DNA of 64,000 nt from the human T2T-CHM13v2.0 reference genome, Homo sapiens. Made by a program: the position numbers and the translations under genes. The stretch lies in the NCBI RefSeq assembly GCF_009914755.1, contig NC_060934.1; one strand, given 5' to 3'. Under the pieces are notes generated by a model that was given only the letters and a program-made list of their open reading frames with translations, was not told the DNA's origin and made no database searches. Positions 38,381 to 50,349 of this stretch are shown here, piece by piece (position 1 is the stretch's first letter; every line of letters starts with the position of its first letter).

Positions 38381-40339
38381 GGCCATGTGTATTTTGACAA
38401 GAACCCATCAGGGCAAAGTTTCCCTTTTCCTAAGGGACTTGATCACATTTCCATTTATTTCTGTGGGTAAATTCTTGTCCTTTATATGTATTTGGGATGT
38501 GTGTCTCCTGAGGTAAGATCACAGGGCGTCACTGATGCCTCTTCGTGTGTAATCGACACATCCACCTCTCCTGCCCAGGCTTCTCTCTCTCATCCAGGTC
38601 TCTCTTGGGATGTTGGCCAGCATCATGTCCATTTCTGCAGCCTCCGTCTCCTCCAGAGGTGCCTGTTCTGTACCTGGGACAACCTTTCCCCAGACTTGAG
38701 ACTTCAGCTATTTCCCGGATGTTCCCACAACCTTGTCCCACACCTCCCTTATCTCACACCTGCCTGGTCCTCATTGGGCCCTGCCATTTCTGCTCTGCCT
38801 TTGCAGCCTCCTTCTCTTCTCACCGAGACTACTCATTACAGGGGCTCCATATCATTTGTCGAGGTTGCATTCCAGGAAAATCCAACCTATGTAGAAAGGA
38901 CTTAGAAAGGGAAAAATAGGTCTGTGAGAATTAATGTGGAAAATCTCAACTTATGCCCAAGCTCCTACCTCAGTCCTAGTCGTAACATATAACGTGCACA
39001 TGTAACAGAAACAAAAGATTCATGGGGCAAGCTAAGCTGTTTCGCCAAAGGTATGGCCATTAAAGTGTATTCCTGAGGTAGTGTGACAGGGAGAGGGTAG
39101 GATTATCCCCACTTACTTTGCCACCTTCACACGTGCATCTGGAAGCCCAGGTCCAGATGAAAGGCAAGAATTAAGAGTTGGTTGAGGGCTGAGGAGCCCT
39201 GTGTCCTCTGTGTTCTTCTTCAGACAGCAAAGAAGGAATGAAGCATTGACTGCTTTCTCCTGTGAATACTACCATCCTTGATACGTCTGCTGTTTCCTGG
39301 CCAGCGCTGCCCATGTCCTACCAAGAATATCATTGCAAAATTGGGTTGTGATAGAGGAATGGGTCCCACGCATGTAAACTACTTACAGGCAAAACAGTGG
39401 GTAAAGACCACTGAATCCCACACCTCTCGCATGGATTCTATGGACTCGGAAGGCTGTTCTTCCGGCACAAGATTTCAGCGGTATCTCTGAGCCATGGTAG
39501 TTTTAATTCAGCCCTGGTTGCCAGCTTCCATGCACCTAGAGGGCTGGTCTCGGTGACTATGTGGCGGATTCCTCTCCTTTCTCTTGGCAGTAGAAATATA
39601 CTTTTTCCTGGGCATGTGAACAAGAGATAGCAGAGGCCTGATTTTTAAAGTTGCTGGTGATGGAGCTAGCCTGCTCTTTAACTGCAGTAACAGACAGCTC
39701 ACCATTTCCGCACTAATGGCCAGCTGCCTTGGATGACAGGCTCACCAATGGCACACTACCACCAAATTAATATGCAGATGGAACTTAAAAAATTATACGT
39801 GAAATGAACAGCCATCCTGAGAAAGCAGAATCATCTCATTCCATTTCCTCCTCAACAGGACCCATCACAAGGAGCTTCTTTAGCCAAATTTCATTTTGTT
39901 CCCTGTTCGATCATCGCCGGAGTCCCTGAATTGGTTCCTTGTCCAGTAGTACCATTTCAGCCCAGGTCTCTTTCCTCTGCCTTTGTCACAGAGCTGAGTA
40001 ATGATGTGACAACATGTGATTGGGCGATTGATGTCAAATGTCAGCAGCAACATTCATTTTCCCTTGAAATGGACAAAGAAGAGTATGAGTCATTTAGAAA
40101 TTTCGTCTGGAAGCACCTTACGTGTGATATTCCAAAATTGAATTGGTCTGAAATTTAAAGTGGCTTTTAAGTTCTTCTCCTTTGATTGTTCCTCGGGTCA
40201 TGCGGAGTTGTGAAAGGCTGAGGGAGCAAGTTAGTGATGGGAACTGCAAAAGTCATTTGTTAGCTCCCTGACTCCTCTGCAGAAATGTATTCCTCCAGTG
40301 ACAGGATGTTCCTGAGACCTCGTGTCACATAGAGAAAAA

Positions 40340-40740
40340 TCCATGGGCCTTGAAAACACACAGATCTGGGCTCCAGGCTTTGTCTGTTCACTTACTGCTT
40401 ACTTGGTGAGCCTTAATTTCCTCCTCTGTGAAATGGAGCCGGCAATGCACCAGCCACAGGCAGTGCTGCTGTGTAGCTGAGATGAGAAGGTAAGGGGCGT
40501 GAGCACGTCTAGCATGGAGCCTGGCCCTAATGGACCTGGGGTTCTTGTGTGTGGTTTTTTCCTTTAGTGTAACTTCTTAAGGATTATCTAATTTAATCCC
40601 ACAAAGTATGGACTAGTATCATCTTGATTTTGAAGATGGGAAAATGAAGGCTTAAAGAGGTGAGTAAATGTGCCAAATGACTGAGCCAGTGAAATGCAGC
40701 TTGCATCCATCTCTTGGGCCCCTGGTTCTCCAGCTATTTC
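40340..40740. mobile_element. Two MIR fragments in opposite orientation (~40340-40530 +, ~40585-40740 -)
   Basis: GAGCCTTAATTTCCTCCTCTGTGAAATGG, and ATTTTGAAGATGGGAAAATGAAGGCTTAAAGAGGTGAGTAA. Confidence 0.7.
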
Positions 40741-41659
40741 TCTGAACCAGGGAGGCTTCATGCTGTCCTCTGGCCTCACCAGGAGGGCTTTGGGCTTTTT
40801 ACATGTACCCCATGTGGGTGGCCCTTGTCCCACCAGGCTCCCTTCACACCCTCCCCAGAAAGAACCAACTGACGTGTGTCTATGTGGGACTTGGTGTCAG
40901 AGACAGGGTTCCCCCTACATCCACCAAAGGCCAATCCAATAGAAGCCAAAATGGCCCTGGGTAATGAGAGTTTAAAATTCCCACTCTCTGTGATCAGCAT
41001 TTTTCATGAAAAAGAAAAATGCGGCAAGCATTGCCACTTATTTCACATCTGGGCAGGCTCTTGCTCACTCTGAGCCCTCTATGCACTCAGAGTTACTGAT
41101 ATCATCGTTAGAAGTGGTTTCCACCTACGACTCTGATTCATGGTCTGGTTATGATTATGATTCATGGCCTGTGAAGAAGTGGTGTGTTACCTAAAAGCAC
41201 CCTGCCTGGCAGGTTCACAGTGCCTAGGGATAGGACCACTGATGTGATGCAGTCAGATATGCTAATGAGATCAATGCAATGTTACCTTAAAAAAATCCAC
41301 ACTCATTTGCAAATGAATGTTAATAAGGAGAAAAAGCTCAGCTGAGGGCTGGACCAGAATCAGTGGCATGACTAGTTCTTCCTCAGTTAAGTAACGTAAT
41401 TTGTTCAATTTGTTTTATGTCAGTAAGTGAAGAACCTTTTACTCACTTTGATTCATGGAAGGAGGTTAGAAAATGGTACAGTAGAAAGGAAATTAACATT
41501 TAACCTGCCTGCCTGGATTTCCTAACGGATGTCTCAATATAACTGTGGCTATGGCGTAAATTCTCCTGATAAACCAGAATGTAGCAGCAATTATTTAAAT
41601 CCCAAAGAAAATCTGGATGGCAGAGATTATACTCCAAAGTGAGACCAGTGTATGTTGAA

Positions 41660-41950
41660 TGAGGAATTGGAAGACCTGACTACTAATCTCAATGATGACT
41701 TGTCACATGACTTTGAGTCAAAAAGTCTCGGGCCTCAGTCCTTGCATCTATAAATGGTGTAAATGATTCTAACTGCAAAGGAATAGTGGTGCATTTATAA
41801 ACTTTAAGACACCAAGTAAACACACAATATGTTAATTGATCTAACAATTTTTGGAGCACTCCCTACATGCCAGGTACCGTGCTAGTTGCTGGAGATACAC
41901 TGGTGAACAGACTTATTAGGCCCCTGTCCTAAAGAAAGTTCTAATCTGGT
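41660..41950. mobile_element. MIR (+) fragment followed by L2 (-) fragment
   Basis: GGCCTCAGTCCTTGCATCTATAAATGG, then GAGCACTCCCTACATGCCAGGTACCGTGCTAGTTGCTGGAGATACACTGGTGAACAG. Confidence 0.7.
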
Positions 41951-42131
41951 AAGTCATCTTTCAAACATTTTTTTAATTATGAAAAATTTCAAACTTTCCC
42001 AAAAGTGGGCAGAATGTTATAATGAACTTTCATTTACTAATCATTCAGATTCAAGCATAAACAAGATTTTGCCCTGTTTATCTATCCTCCATGCCTTTTT
42101 GCTGAATTATCTCAAAGTAAATCATAGACAT

Positions 42132-42905
42132 TGCATGAGTTTTCTATCCCCATACAACAAATTGCTATGAATTTGGCTGCTGGAACCACACTTATTTGTT
42201 ATGTCACAGTTTCTGTGGTCCAAGAGCCTGGGCACAGCTTAGCTGGACCCTCCACTCAGGTTCACGAAGCTACACTCAAGGTTATTGGCTGTGCTGGGGC
42301 TCATCTGAGGTTCCAAGTCCTTTTCCAAGATCATGTGGCTTCTTGGGGTTGTGGTATTGTAGGGTTGAGGCCCTCAGCATCTGGAGCAAGCTTGTCTAAC
42401 TGGTGGCTCGCAGGCTGCATGCAGCCCAGGAGGGCTTTGAATGTGGCCCAACACAAATTTGTACACTTTCTTAAGACATTATGAAATTTTTGCATTTTTT
42501 AGCTCATTTTTAGCGTATCAGCTGTTGTTAGTGTGTTTTTTTACATGTGGCCCAAGACAATTCTTCTGCTGTCAATGTGGCCCAGGAAAGACAAAAGACT
42601 GGACACCCCTGATCTAGAGGCTGTCCCTCTCTGCTGGTAGTTCAACCATGACCGTTCACTTCTTGTTGGAGGTCAGCAGGAGAATCTCTGACATTTTCCT
42701 CTCTTCTAAGGGCTTACCTGATTAGGTCAGGCCCACCTAGGATAATCTCCCTTTTGATTAACTCAAAGTCAACTGATGAGTAACCTATCTTGGGAGAGTA
42801 TCCCATCATATTCACTTATCTTCTCCCACTCAAGGGGAGACTATATAAGGTGGGTTTGCCAGGGGGTGGGAATCTTAGAGGCCATCTTGGAAGTTGCCTA
42901 CCATA
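42132..42905 (-). mobile_element. MLT1E/F-like LTR, interrupted by MER30
   Basis: TCACAGTTTCTGTGG...CTGGGCACAGCTTAGCTGG; GATTAGGTCAGGCCCACCTAGGATAATCTCCCTTTTGATTAACTCAAAGTCAACTGAT; perfect 5-bp TSD GACAT (42127-42131 / 42906-42910). Confidence 0.85.
42387..42611 (-). mobile_element. MER30 (hAT-Charlie)
   Basis: CAAGCTTGTC...GGCTTTGAATGTGGCCCAACACAAATTTGTA...GTGGCCCAAGACAATTCTTC...TGGACACCCCTG; 8-bp TSD ATCTGGAG/ATCTAGAG. Confidence 0.92.
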
Positions 42906-43003
42906 GACATTTCACCTCTACAATCTTAAATATGTACTTCTACAAATTATGGGTTTTTTTTTTGCATAATTACACTTTCCTTTTAATATCCAGTATTGGT
43001 TGT

Positions 43004-43362
43004 TATATTAGTCAGCTTAAGCTACATTATGCTGTTGTAACAAATGACCCCAAAATCTCTGTGGCTTCCAACCAACAAGGTTTCTTTTTTGGCTCATGTT
43101 CCATGCTCATCATGGGTTGGTTTCAGCTCTTTATCTCGGGACCCAGGTTGGAGGAACAGCTCCTTTCTGGAAAAGGCTTTTCATGCAAAGACATTTCAAG
43201 CTTCAGCTAGGTCGTGGCCATGTCATTTATTATCTCTCATTTGCTCATGTCACTCTTGACGGACTAGGAAGCACAGTTCTTCACTAGAGAGGGGTCTCAT
43301 AGAAAGGAGTCAGCCACAGGGGGCTGGTTGTATATTTTTAAGCACATAATACAATCTCCCAC
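43004..43362 (-). mobile_element. MLT1I/J-like LTR
   Basis: TATTAGTCAGC...TTATGCTGTTGTAACAAATGACCCCAAAATCTCTGTGGCTT...GGACCCAGGTTGGAGGAACAGC. Confidence 0.7.
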
Positions 43363-45032
43363 AGTAATCTTTTAAGTATCTTTTACTCTAGAAGAGTCTC
43401 ACCCACACACCTTTTTTCCCACCTGCCATTGACTTGTTGGAGAAACTGACCATATAGAGAGGTCTACATTCTGAAATTACCTGTTGGCTTTCTTATGGTG
43501 TCATTTCACTCATACTTTTATGCCTTTGATTTCTCATAGGTTAGAATTTAGCTCTAATTAACTTATTTTTGGGAAAGAATACTTCATAGGGGTGTTTGGT
43601 ATTTCATATTTTATCACATCAAAATGCACATGATGTTTTTGGTGAGGCAATTTTCAAAAAACTTGAATTTTTAAAGCAAAATTCTTAGTATTTTGTCCTT
43701 ACATTCACTTACTAGATAGTTATTGCTGATCAGGTCTTGGACCAGGCCCAGGGAGATGAGGGAATAAATAAGACAAAGTCCTTATCTCAAGTATTTCATA
43801 GTTAAGATGGAGGGGACAAATTTTAAGATAATGCAGTGAGAACACTTAGGCAAAAAAAGAAGCAAAAACTATCCAAATAGAAAGAAATAAGTAAAATTAT
43901 CTCGATGTGCAGATGACATAATCTTGTATATAGAAAATCATAAGGAATCAACGTACACACAAAAAACTATTAGAGCTAATAAAAGAGTTTGGCAACATTG
44001 CAGGATGCAAGATTCATATACAAAATCAATTATCTTTTTGTACATTGGCAAAGAACAATTAAAAAATGAATTTAAAAATTCCAGCTATAATAGCATCAAA
44101 AAGAGTAAAATATTTAGGAATAAATTTAGCAAAAGAATTGTAAGACTTGTACACAGGAAACTACAAAACATCATTGTAAGAAATTGAAGAAGACTTAAAT
44201 AAATGGAAGGACATCCTGTATTCCTGAGTTAGAAGACTTAATAAATGGCAATACTCTCCAAATGGACCTATAGATTCAATACAATCCTTATCAAAGTCCA
44301 AGCTGATTCTTTTTTTATTGGCAGAAATTGATGAGCTGATTCTTTTTTAAGTCAACTGGTCATATCACATGATGAGCTGATTCTAAATTTCATATGGAAT
44401 TGCAAGTGACCCAGAATAGCCAAAACAATCTTGACAAAGCAGACAAAAATTGGAGGACTCACACTTCCCAACTTCAAAAGTTACTACAAAGCAGAAGTAA
44501 CTGAGAGAGGTACTGATATATGGCTAGATATGTAACCAATGGCATAGAACTGAGAGTCCAGTAATAAACTCATACATTAATGATTAATTGATTTTTGACA
44601 AGAGTGCCAAGACCATTTCATAGGGAAAGAATAGCCTTTTCAACATATGGTGCTGGGACAACTGGATATCTATGTGCAAGAAAATGAAATTGGATGTTTA
44701 TCTCATATCATATACAGAATTAACTTAAAATGATTAAAATACCTAAATATAAAAGCTAAGAGCAAAAACTATAAAACTCTTAGAAGAAAACAGGTATAAA
44801 TCTTTGTGACTTTGCATTAAGCAATCTTTTTTTTTAAGATATGAGAACAAAAGCACAAGCAACCAAAGAAGAAATCAACTGGACTTCGTTGAGATAAAAA
44901 GCTTTTGTGCTGCAAAAGACTATTAAAAAATTGAGAACACAATCCATAGAATGGGAGAAAAAATTTGCAAATCATGTGTCTGATAAGGATCTAGTATTCA
45001 GAATATATAAAGAACCCCTACAACTCAATAAG

Positions 45033-45739
45033 AGCAAGGACTTGGAAACAACCCAAATGTCCATCAATGACAGACTGGATTAAGAAAATGTGACACATAT
45101 ACACCACGGAATACTATTCAGCCATAAAAAGGATGAGTTCATGTCCTTTGTACAGACATGGATGAAGCTGGAAACATAATTCTGAGCAAACTATCTCAAG
45201 GACAGAAAACCAAACACCACATGTTCTTGCTCATAGGTGGGAATTGAACAATGAGAACACTTGGACACAAGGCAAGGAACATCACACACCGGGGCATCAC
45301 ATACCATCCATACCCATTAGAATGGCTACTATAGAAAAACCCCCCAAACAACAAGTGGGGACAAGGACTTGGAGACATTGGAACTCTTATGCACTGTTGG
45401 TCGAAAGATAAAATAGTGTAGCTGCTTCGGAGAACAGTTGGTTTCTCCAATGACAAACATAGAGTTACCATACGATCCAGCAATTCCCTCTTAGATATAT
45501 ACCCAAGAGAACTGAAAGCATATGTACAACTAAGAGCATGTTCATGAGTGGCCATAATGACCAAAAAGTAGGGTGGTCGTGGGGTGGGGGAATGGCGGAG
45601 GGATAGCATTAGGAGAAATACCTAATGTAAAGGATGAATTAATGGGTGCAGCAAACCAACATGGCACATGTATACATATGTAGCTAACCTGCACGTTGTG
45701 CACATGTACCCTAGAACTTAAAGTATGATAAAAAAAAAA
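45033..45739 (+). mobile_element. 5'-truncated L1PA (about L1PA5-7) 3' end containing a 271-bp foreign insert
   Basis: AACCCAAATGTCCATCAATGACAGACTGGATTAAGAAAATGTG...CATAGGTGGGAATTGAACAATGAGAACAC...GCACATGTACCCTAGAACTTAAAGTAT plus poly-A. Confidence 0.92.
45301..45571 (+). repeat. 271-bp direct duplicate of 45876-46146
   Basis: Manual alignment gives 268/271 identity, offset 575 bp. Confidence 0.97.
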
Positions 45740-47844
45740 CAACCTGATTAAAAAAATGGGCAAAGGATTTGAATAGACATTTTCTGAAAGAAGATATACT
45801 GATGGCCAAAAAGCACATGAAAAGATGCTCAATCTCTCTAATCATTAGGGAAATGCAAACCCACACCACAGTGAGATACCACCCATACCCATTAGAATGG
45901 CTACTATAGAAAAACCCCCCAAACAACAAGTGGGGACAAGGACTTGGAGACATTGGAACTCTTGTGCACTGTTGGTCGAAAGATAAAATAGTGTAGCTGC
46001 TTCGGAGAACAATTGGTTTCTCCAATGACAAACATAGAGTTACCATACGATCCAGCAATTCCCTCTTAGATATATACCCAAGAGAACTGAAAGCATATGT
46101 ACAACTAAGAGCATGTTCATGAGTGGCCATAATGACCAAAAAGTAGAAACAACCAAATGTCCACTAACTGTAAATTGATAAACAAAATGTGGTCTATCCG
46201 TACAATGCAATATTATTTGGCAGTAAAAAAAGTGGAAGTGCTGATGCATGGTTCAATGTGGATGAACCCTGAAAACATTCTGCTAAGTGACATAAGATCC
46301 ACATATTGTTATGAAAACCACATATTGTTGTGATTCCATTTATATGAACTATCCAGAGTAGGCAAGTCCATGCACAGGGGCTGGCTGGGTGGTTGAGGGG
46401 AAGGAGGAGGAGGAGTGACTACTGATGAGCACAAGGTTTCTTTTTGGGGTGATGAAAATATTTTGGGATTAGTGGTGATCATTATTCAACTTTGCGAATC
46501 TATTTAAAAAACCATTGAACTGCATACTTTAAAGTGGTGAATTTTATAGTATATGAACTATACCTCAATGAAAATATTCTTAAAATATGCACTATCAGAG
46601 GTCGGGGGAGATCATTTCAATGATAGGTAGTGGATGGTTTTGTGAGTTGGGCCTAAAAGGATGTGTAAGTTTTGTCCCCTGCCAGCCAGCCCTGCCAGGA
46701 GCTCCAGAGGCCAGGACTTGTGAGTGCTGTTGGTTTCTGTCACTGTGAAAAGGTGAGAGGAAGGAAGGCCAGAGACAGGGCGGTTGCTGGGAGGACCAAG
46801 TTTCACAGCTCAGATTTTCCTTCTTCCTGCTTGCTGTGCTCAGTACACCTGAGCCACCCCCCACCCCCATCTTCCTCAGCATCTCAGGCTGCTGTTTCTC
46901 AGCTCTAGAGAATGCATACGGGGCTGAGAGGAAGCCATTGTTAAAGAGAACACAGTGAATCAGCTCTGGTTCATATACGTAAGTTCGCCATTACAAACAT
47001 CGGTTCCACAACAAGGTAACCTCACCAACTGATGCTAACATACTAGCTATTTACTGGGCAAACATTTAATGAGTGCCTGCCCTGCCCCTGTGAGGAAGGA
47101 CAATATGGTTGACAGCTGTGGTCCAGATGAGAATAGACATGGAAGCAGGTAAAGATGTCACAGCAGGGTGGTTGTGGCCGGGATACAGGAGCAGGCTGCG
47201 GCTACCCTCTCTGTTTGTTCACTCCCTAGATCTCTCCAGCCTGCCTGATTTCCTGTCTGATTCACTGGGCTGAGAACAGTGCCGACCTGTCCTGACCCTA
47301 ATGAACTTGAGTGCCTCCCTGGGCTTTGCTGGTCTCAGTTGATTCCTCTCCACGGGCTCCCCAAGCATCAAGCCCTGCAGTGTCCCTCATGATGGGACCA
47401 CAGTGCCACCCTTTTTTCCTGTAGACCTTCCCACTTCCGTTCCTTTCTGCTGGTCCTGAGATCATCCTGCCTGGTAACTGGATTGATGTAGAACTTTCAC
47501 CACCCATCACGGCCACCCAAAGCCCTCCAGGATGGCAAAGTTCATAGCCACACCCTCTCCCTTGAGTTGGCCCAGCCATCTGCCTAGTTTCTTCTCCTTG
47601 CAGTGCCTTGCTGTATTTTTGTCCTAGTCCAGCTTGAAATTTGACACTTTGTGGGTGAGAAGGACTTTAGCAGCCACCTACTTTGACCTCCTCATTTTGG
47701 AGGGAGGAGATGGTGGCTCAGGAAAAAGAAAGCAACTTGCGTAGGGCCAAGTAGCAAGTTATCCGCATGACCACAAGGGCCCTCCTTTCTCCCACTCCCC
47801 ACCAGACATTTTCTCTGGTCATCCAGGCTGCTGCTTGGAGGTGC

Positions 47845-48490
47845 TGCAGTAGTCAGGAGAGACTGGGATTGGCTACAAAACTTGCACTTTAAGCCACAAA
47901 AAAATGTGGCTTAACACAGGAAAGATGAGTTTTTCTCCCATGTTCCAATGTGATGTGGATTGATTTCCTATCCTTGGTGATACACCTTCAAGTGGTGTCT
48001 CAGAGGCCAGGCTATTCCAGCTTGTGATGCTCCATCCTAAAGTCTGGTTATCACTGATGGGGAACATAGAGTATAGATCAGGATTTCCAGCCTCAGCACT
48101 ACAGACATTTTGGGCTGGATGATTCTTTGTCGTGCAGGTGTCTGGTATGTTGTAGGATGCAGTATTTTTGGCCTCTACTCATCAGATGCCAGTAGCAGCC
48201 CTCCTTTCCTGACCGTTGTGTCAACTAAAATGTCTCCAGACATGGCCAAGTGTCTGATGAAGGACAAAATCAGTCACCTCCCATTGATAAACACTGGTGT
48301 AGATGATCACCCAGAACCAGGCATGGGTTTGCATACATCACTTCCTGTCAGATCTTATTGGTTAGAATGCAGTCACATGATCCTAACCTAACTGCAAAGG
48401 AGGCTGGGAAATATAGTCCTTTTGTTTGCCAAGGAATTGAAAAATGAAATGAGATTTAGCAAACTTTAGCACATTTCTGCCATTGATGCA
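47845..48490 (-). mobile_element. Old MLT1 (J/K-like) LTR interrupted by MER20
   Basis: GTGGCTTAACACAGGAAAG...; CAGTCACATGATCCTAACCTAACTGCAAAGGAGGCTGGGAAATATAGTCCTT. Confidence 0.65.
48079..48296 (-). mobile_element. MER20 (hAT-Charlie)
   Basis: CAGCCTCAGCACTACAGACATTTTGGGCTGGATGATTCTTTGT...AGATGCCAGTAGCA...AAAATGTCTCCAGACATGGCCAA; 8-bp TSD GTATAGAT/GTGTAGAT. Confidence 0.9.
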
Positions 48491-48852
48491 AACAATCCCA
48501 ATCTTTTTCTGAAATTCTCCTTTGGATATAAGGACTGAGCTGATTCAAGATGATGAGGAGTCACAGAATGAGGAGAGAGGAGATGAATGGCGACAGATAT
48601 TGGGCTCAGGTGAGCTGGCTTTGGAGGCCCAGTAGTCATAGGAAATGTGATCTGAGATTGCCCTTATTCCTTCACTTGCTACCAATCCCATCTTTGTCCA
48701 CGTATTTGGCAGGCATGCATCTACACTGAGCTGGGCCCAGAGGAATCCAACATAGACCTTGTCCTTAGAGAGTTCCTGGTCTGGAGGGAGATGCAGACCC
48801 ACACTTAGGGGAAACTGCAGAGAGATGAGAGTCAAAATGGAGATACGGGGGC

Positions 48853-49546
48853 TGTGTTAGGGACTGAATGTGTCCCCACCCAAATTCATTCATTGAAGCC
48901 CTGACCCCCAGTGTGGCTGTATTTGGAGATGAGGTCTCTCAGGAAGTAATTAAGGTTAAATGAGGTCAAAAGGCTGGGGCCGTGACCCCATAGGATACAC
49001 TTCCTTATAAGAAGAGACAGGCTGTGCGCAGTGGCTCACGCCTGTAATCACAGCACTTTGGGAGGCTGAGGTGGGTGGATCATGAGACCAGCCTGGCCAA
49101 CATAGTGAAACCCTGTCTCTACTAAAAATACAAAAAAAAGTAGCCAGGCATCGTGGCATGTGCCTGTAGTCCCAGCTACTTGAGAGGCTGAGGCTGAGAA
49201 TCGCTCGAACCCGGGAGGTGGAGGTTGTGGTGAGCCGAGATTGTGCCACTGCACTCCAGCCTGGGCAACAGAGTGAGACTCTCTCTCAAAAAAAGAAAAG
49301 ACAGTAGGGAGCTCTCTCTCTTTGTCTCTCTGTCTCTATGTGTGTGTGCAGAGAAAAGGCCATGTGAGATATAGCAGGATGGTGGCCATCTGCAACTCAC
49401 GGGGAGAGGGCTTACCAGACACCAACTCTGCTGATGTCTTAACTTTGGACTTCCAGCCTCCAGAACAGTGAGAAAATAAGTTTCTGTTGTTTAAGCCACT
49501 CAATCTATGGTATTTTGTTACAGCAACTCAGGCAGACCAGTAAGAC
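48853..49546 (+). mobile_element. MLT1A/B-like LTR interrupted by an Alu
   Basis: GACTGAATGTGTCCCC...GTGGCTGTATTTGGAGAT...GGACTTCCAGCCTCCAGAACAGTGAGAAAATAAGTTTCTGTTGTTTAAGCCAC. Confidence 0.85.
49020..49293 (+). mobile_element. Alu (AluS-like) with a short deletion over the B-box region
   Basis: GGTGGATCATGAGACCAGCC lacks the usual GTCAGGAGTTC segment; TSD AAGAAGAGACA / AAGAAAAGACA. Confidence 0.92.
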
Positions 49547-49895
49547 TGTATTAATGTCTTAGGGCTGCCATAACAAAGTATCACATGCTGGGGGCTTAAA
49601 ACAAAGACATTTATTGTCTCACAGTCGTTGAGGCTAGGAGTCTGAAATCAAGGTGTCAGCACAGCCAAGCTCTCTCTCCTGGCTTCTGATGGTTGCTGGC
49701 GATCCTTGGAGTCCCTTGGTCATATAACTCCAATCCCTGCCTCTGTGGTCACATGGCCATCTTCCCTCTGTGTGTTTGTCTTCGCGTGGTGTTCTCTCTC
49801 TGTGTAGGTCTCTTTATGTCTCATTTCCTCTTATAAGGACACCAGTCACAATGTCTTAAAAGCCCATCCTGTTCCAGTGTCTTCTCAACTTACCA
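49547..49895 (-). mobile_element. MLT1B/C-like LTR fragment, tail-to-tail with the preceding MLT1
   Basis: TGTATTA...AGGGCTGCCATAACAAAGTATCACA...GGCTTAAAACAA...TTTATTGTCTCACAGT...GTCTGAAATCAAGGTGTCAGCA. Confidence 0.85.
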
Positions 49896-50349
49896 ATGGA
49901 TGACATCATAACTCTAACTGTGCTTGGAGGTCAAGGGAGATGTCAAATAGAGGCAACCCTGGAGGAGGTCCTTAAAGGAAAAGGAGGTGTTCCAGAGAGC
50001 TTAGACAAGCAGGCAGCAGGTACAGCTGCAAGATCTGGACCAATAAAGGGATTTGCTTAGCACTTGGGCTCCCCAGAGCTGCACCCTCAGGACTGCTGGG
50101 GATGAGGGTTGTAGGCATTGTCAACCCCGGGCCCCTGCTGTCTCTTGAACCAAAGCAGTTCTGCTCCTACCTGTTTCACACGTGGGGCCTCTAGGTAAGA
50201 CTTTGTTCCAATAGAGAATTCTGTGATGGGAAACTCCTGACTCAAATGAACAATCCTCAGTGTTGTTACTTGTACTGTTAGAATATTAAGGAGCCGGCAA
50301 TTAGTAATGAAGAAGACGATGACCTTGGCAATTATCATCATCCAAGATT

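Larger units (their letters stand above)
41968..43640 (-). mobile_element. Old L1MC-like 3' end broken by two MLT1 LTRs
   Basis: TTTTAATTATGAAAAATTTCAAAC...AGAATGTTATAATGAAC; the sequence resumes across the MLT1 TSD; TTGGGAAAGAATACTTCATAGG near 43570. Confidence 0.55.
43846..46585 (+). mobile_element. L1MB-like element (degenerate 3' ORF2 plus 3' UTR), interrupted by an L1PA
   Basis: GCAGATGACATAATCTTGTATATAGAAAA is the RT ADD motif region. Also GAAGACTTAAATAAATGGAAGGACATCC, GGTGCTGGGACAACTGGATATC, and an L1MB-type 3' end (GTTTCTTTTTGGGGTGATGAAAAT). Many stops and frameshifts. Confidence 0.9.

Noticed and set aside
38486-38905. Possible old ERVL LTR (LTR16/33-like) and overlapping 124-139-aa ORFs; also an MLT1-like trace at ~290-470
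   Set aside because: Only short, weak resemblance to remembered consensus ends, too little to call without an HMM search.
43924-44187. 87-aa ORF resembling reverse transcriptase
   Set aside because: A frameshifted remnant of L1MB ORF2, not an intact gene.
45196-46139. Two near-identical minus-strand ORFs (137 and 142 aa) suggesting a duplicated gene
   Set aside because: Antisense L1 sequence; the identity comes from the 271-bp local duplication.
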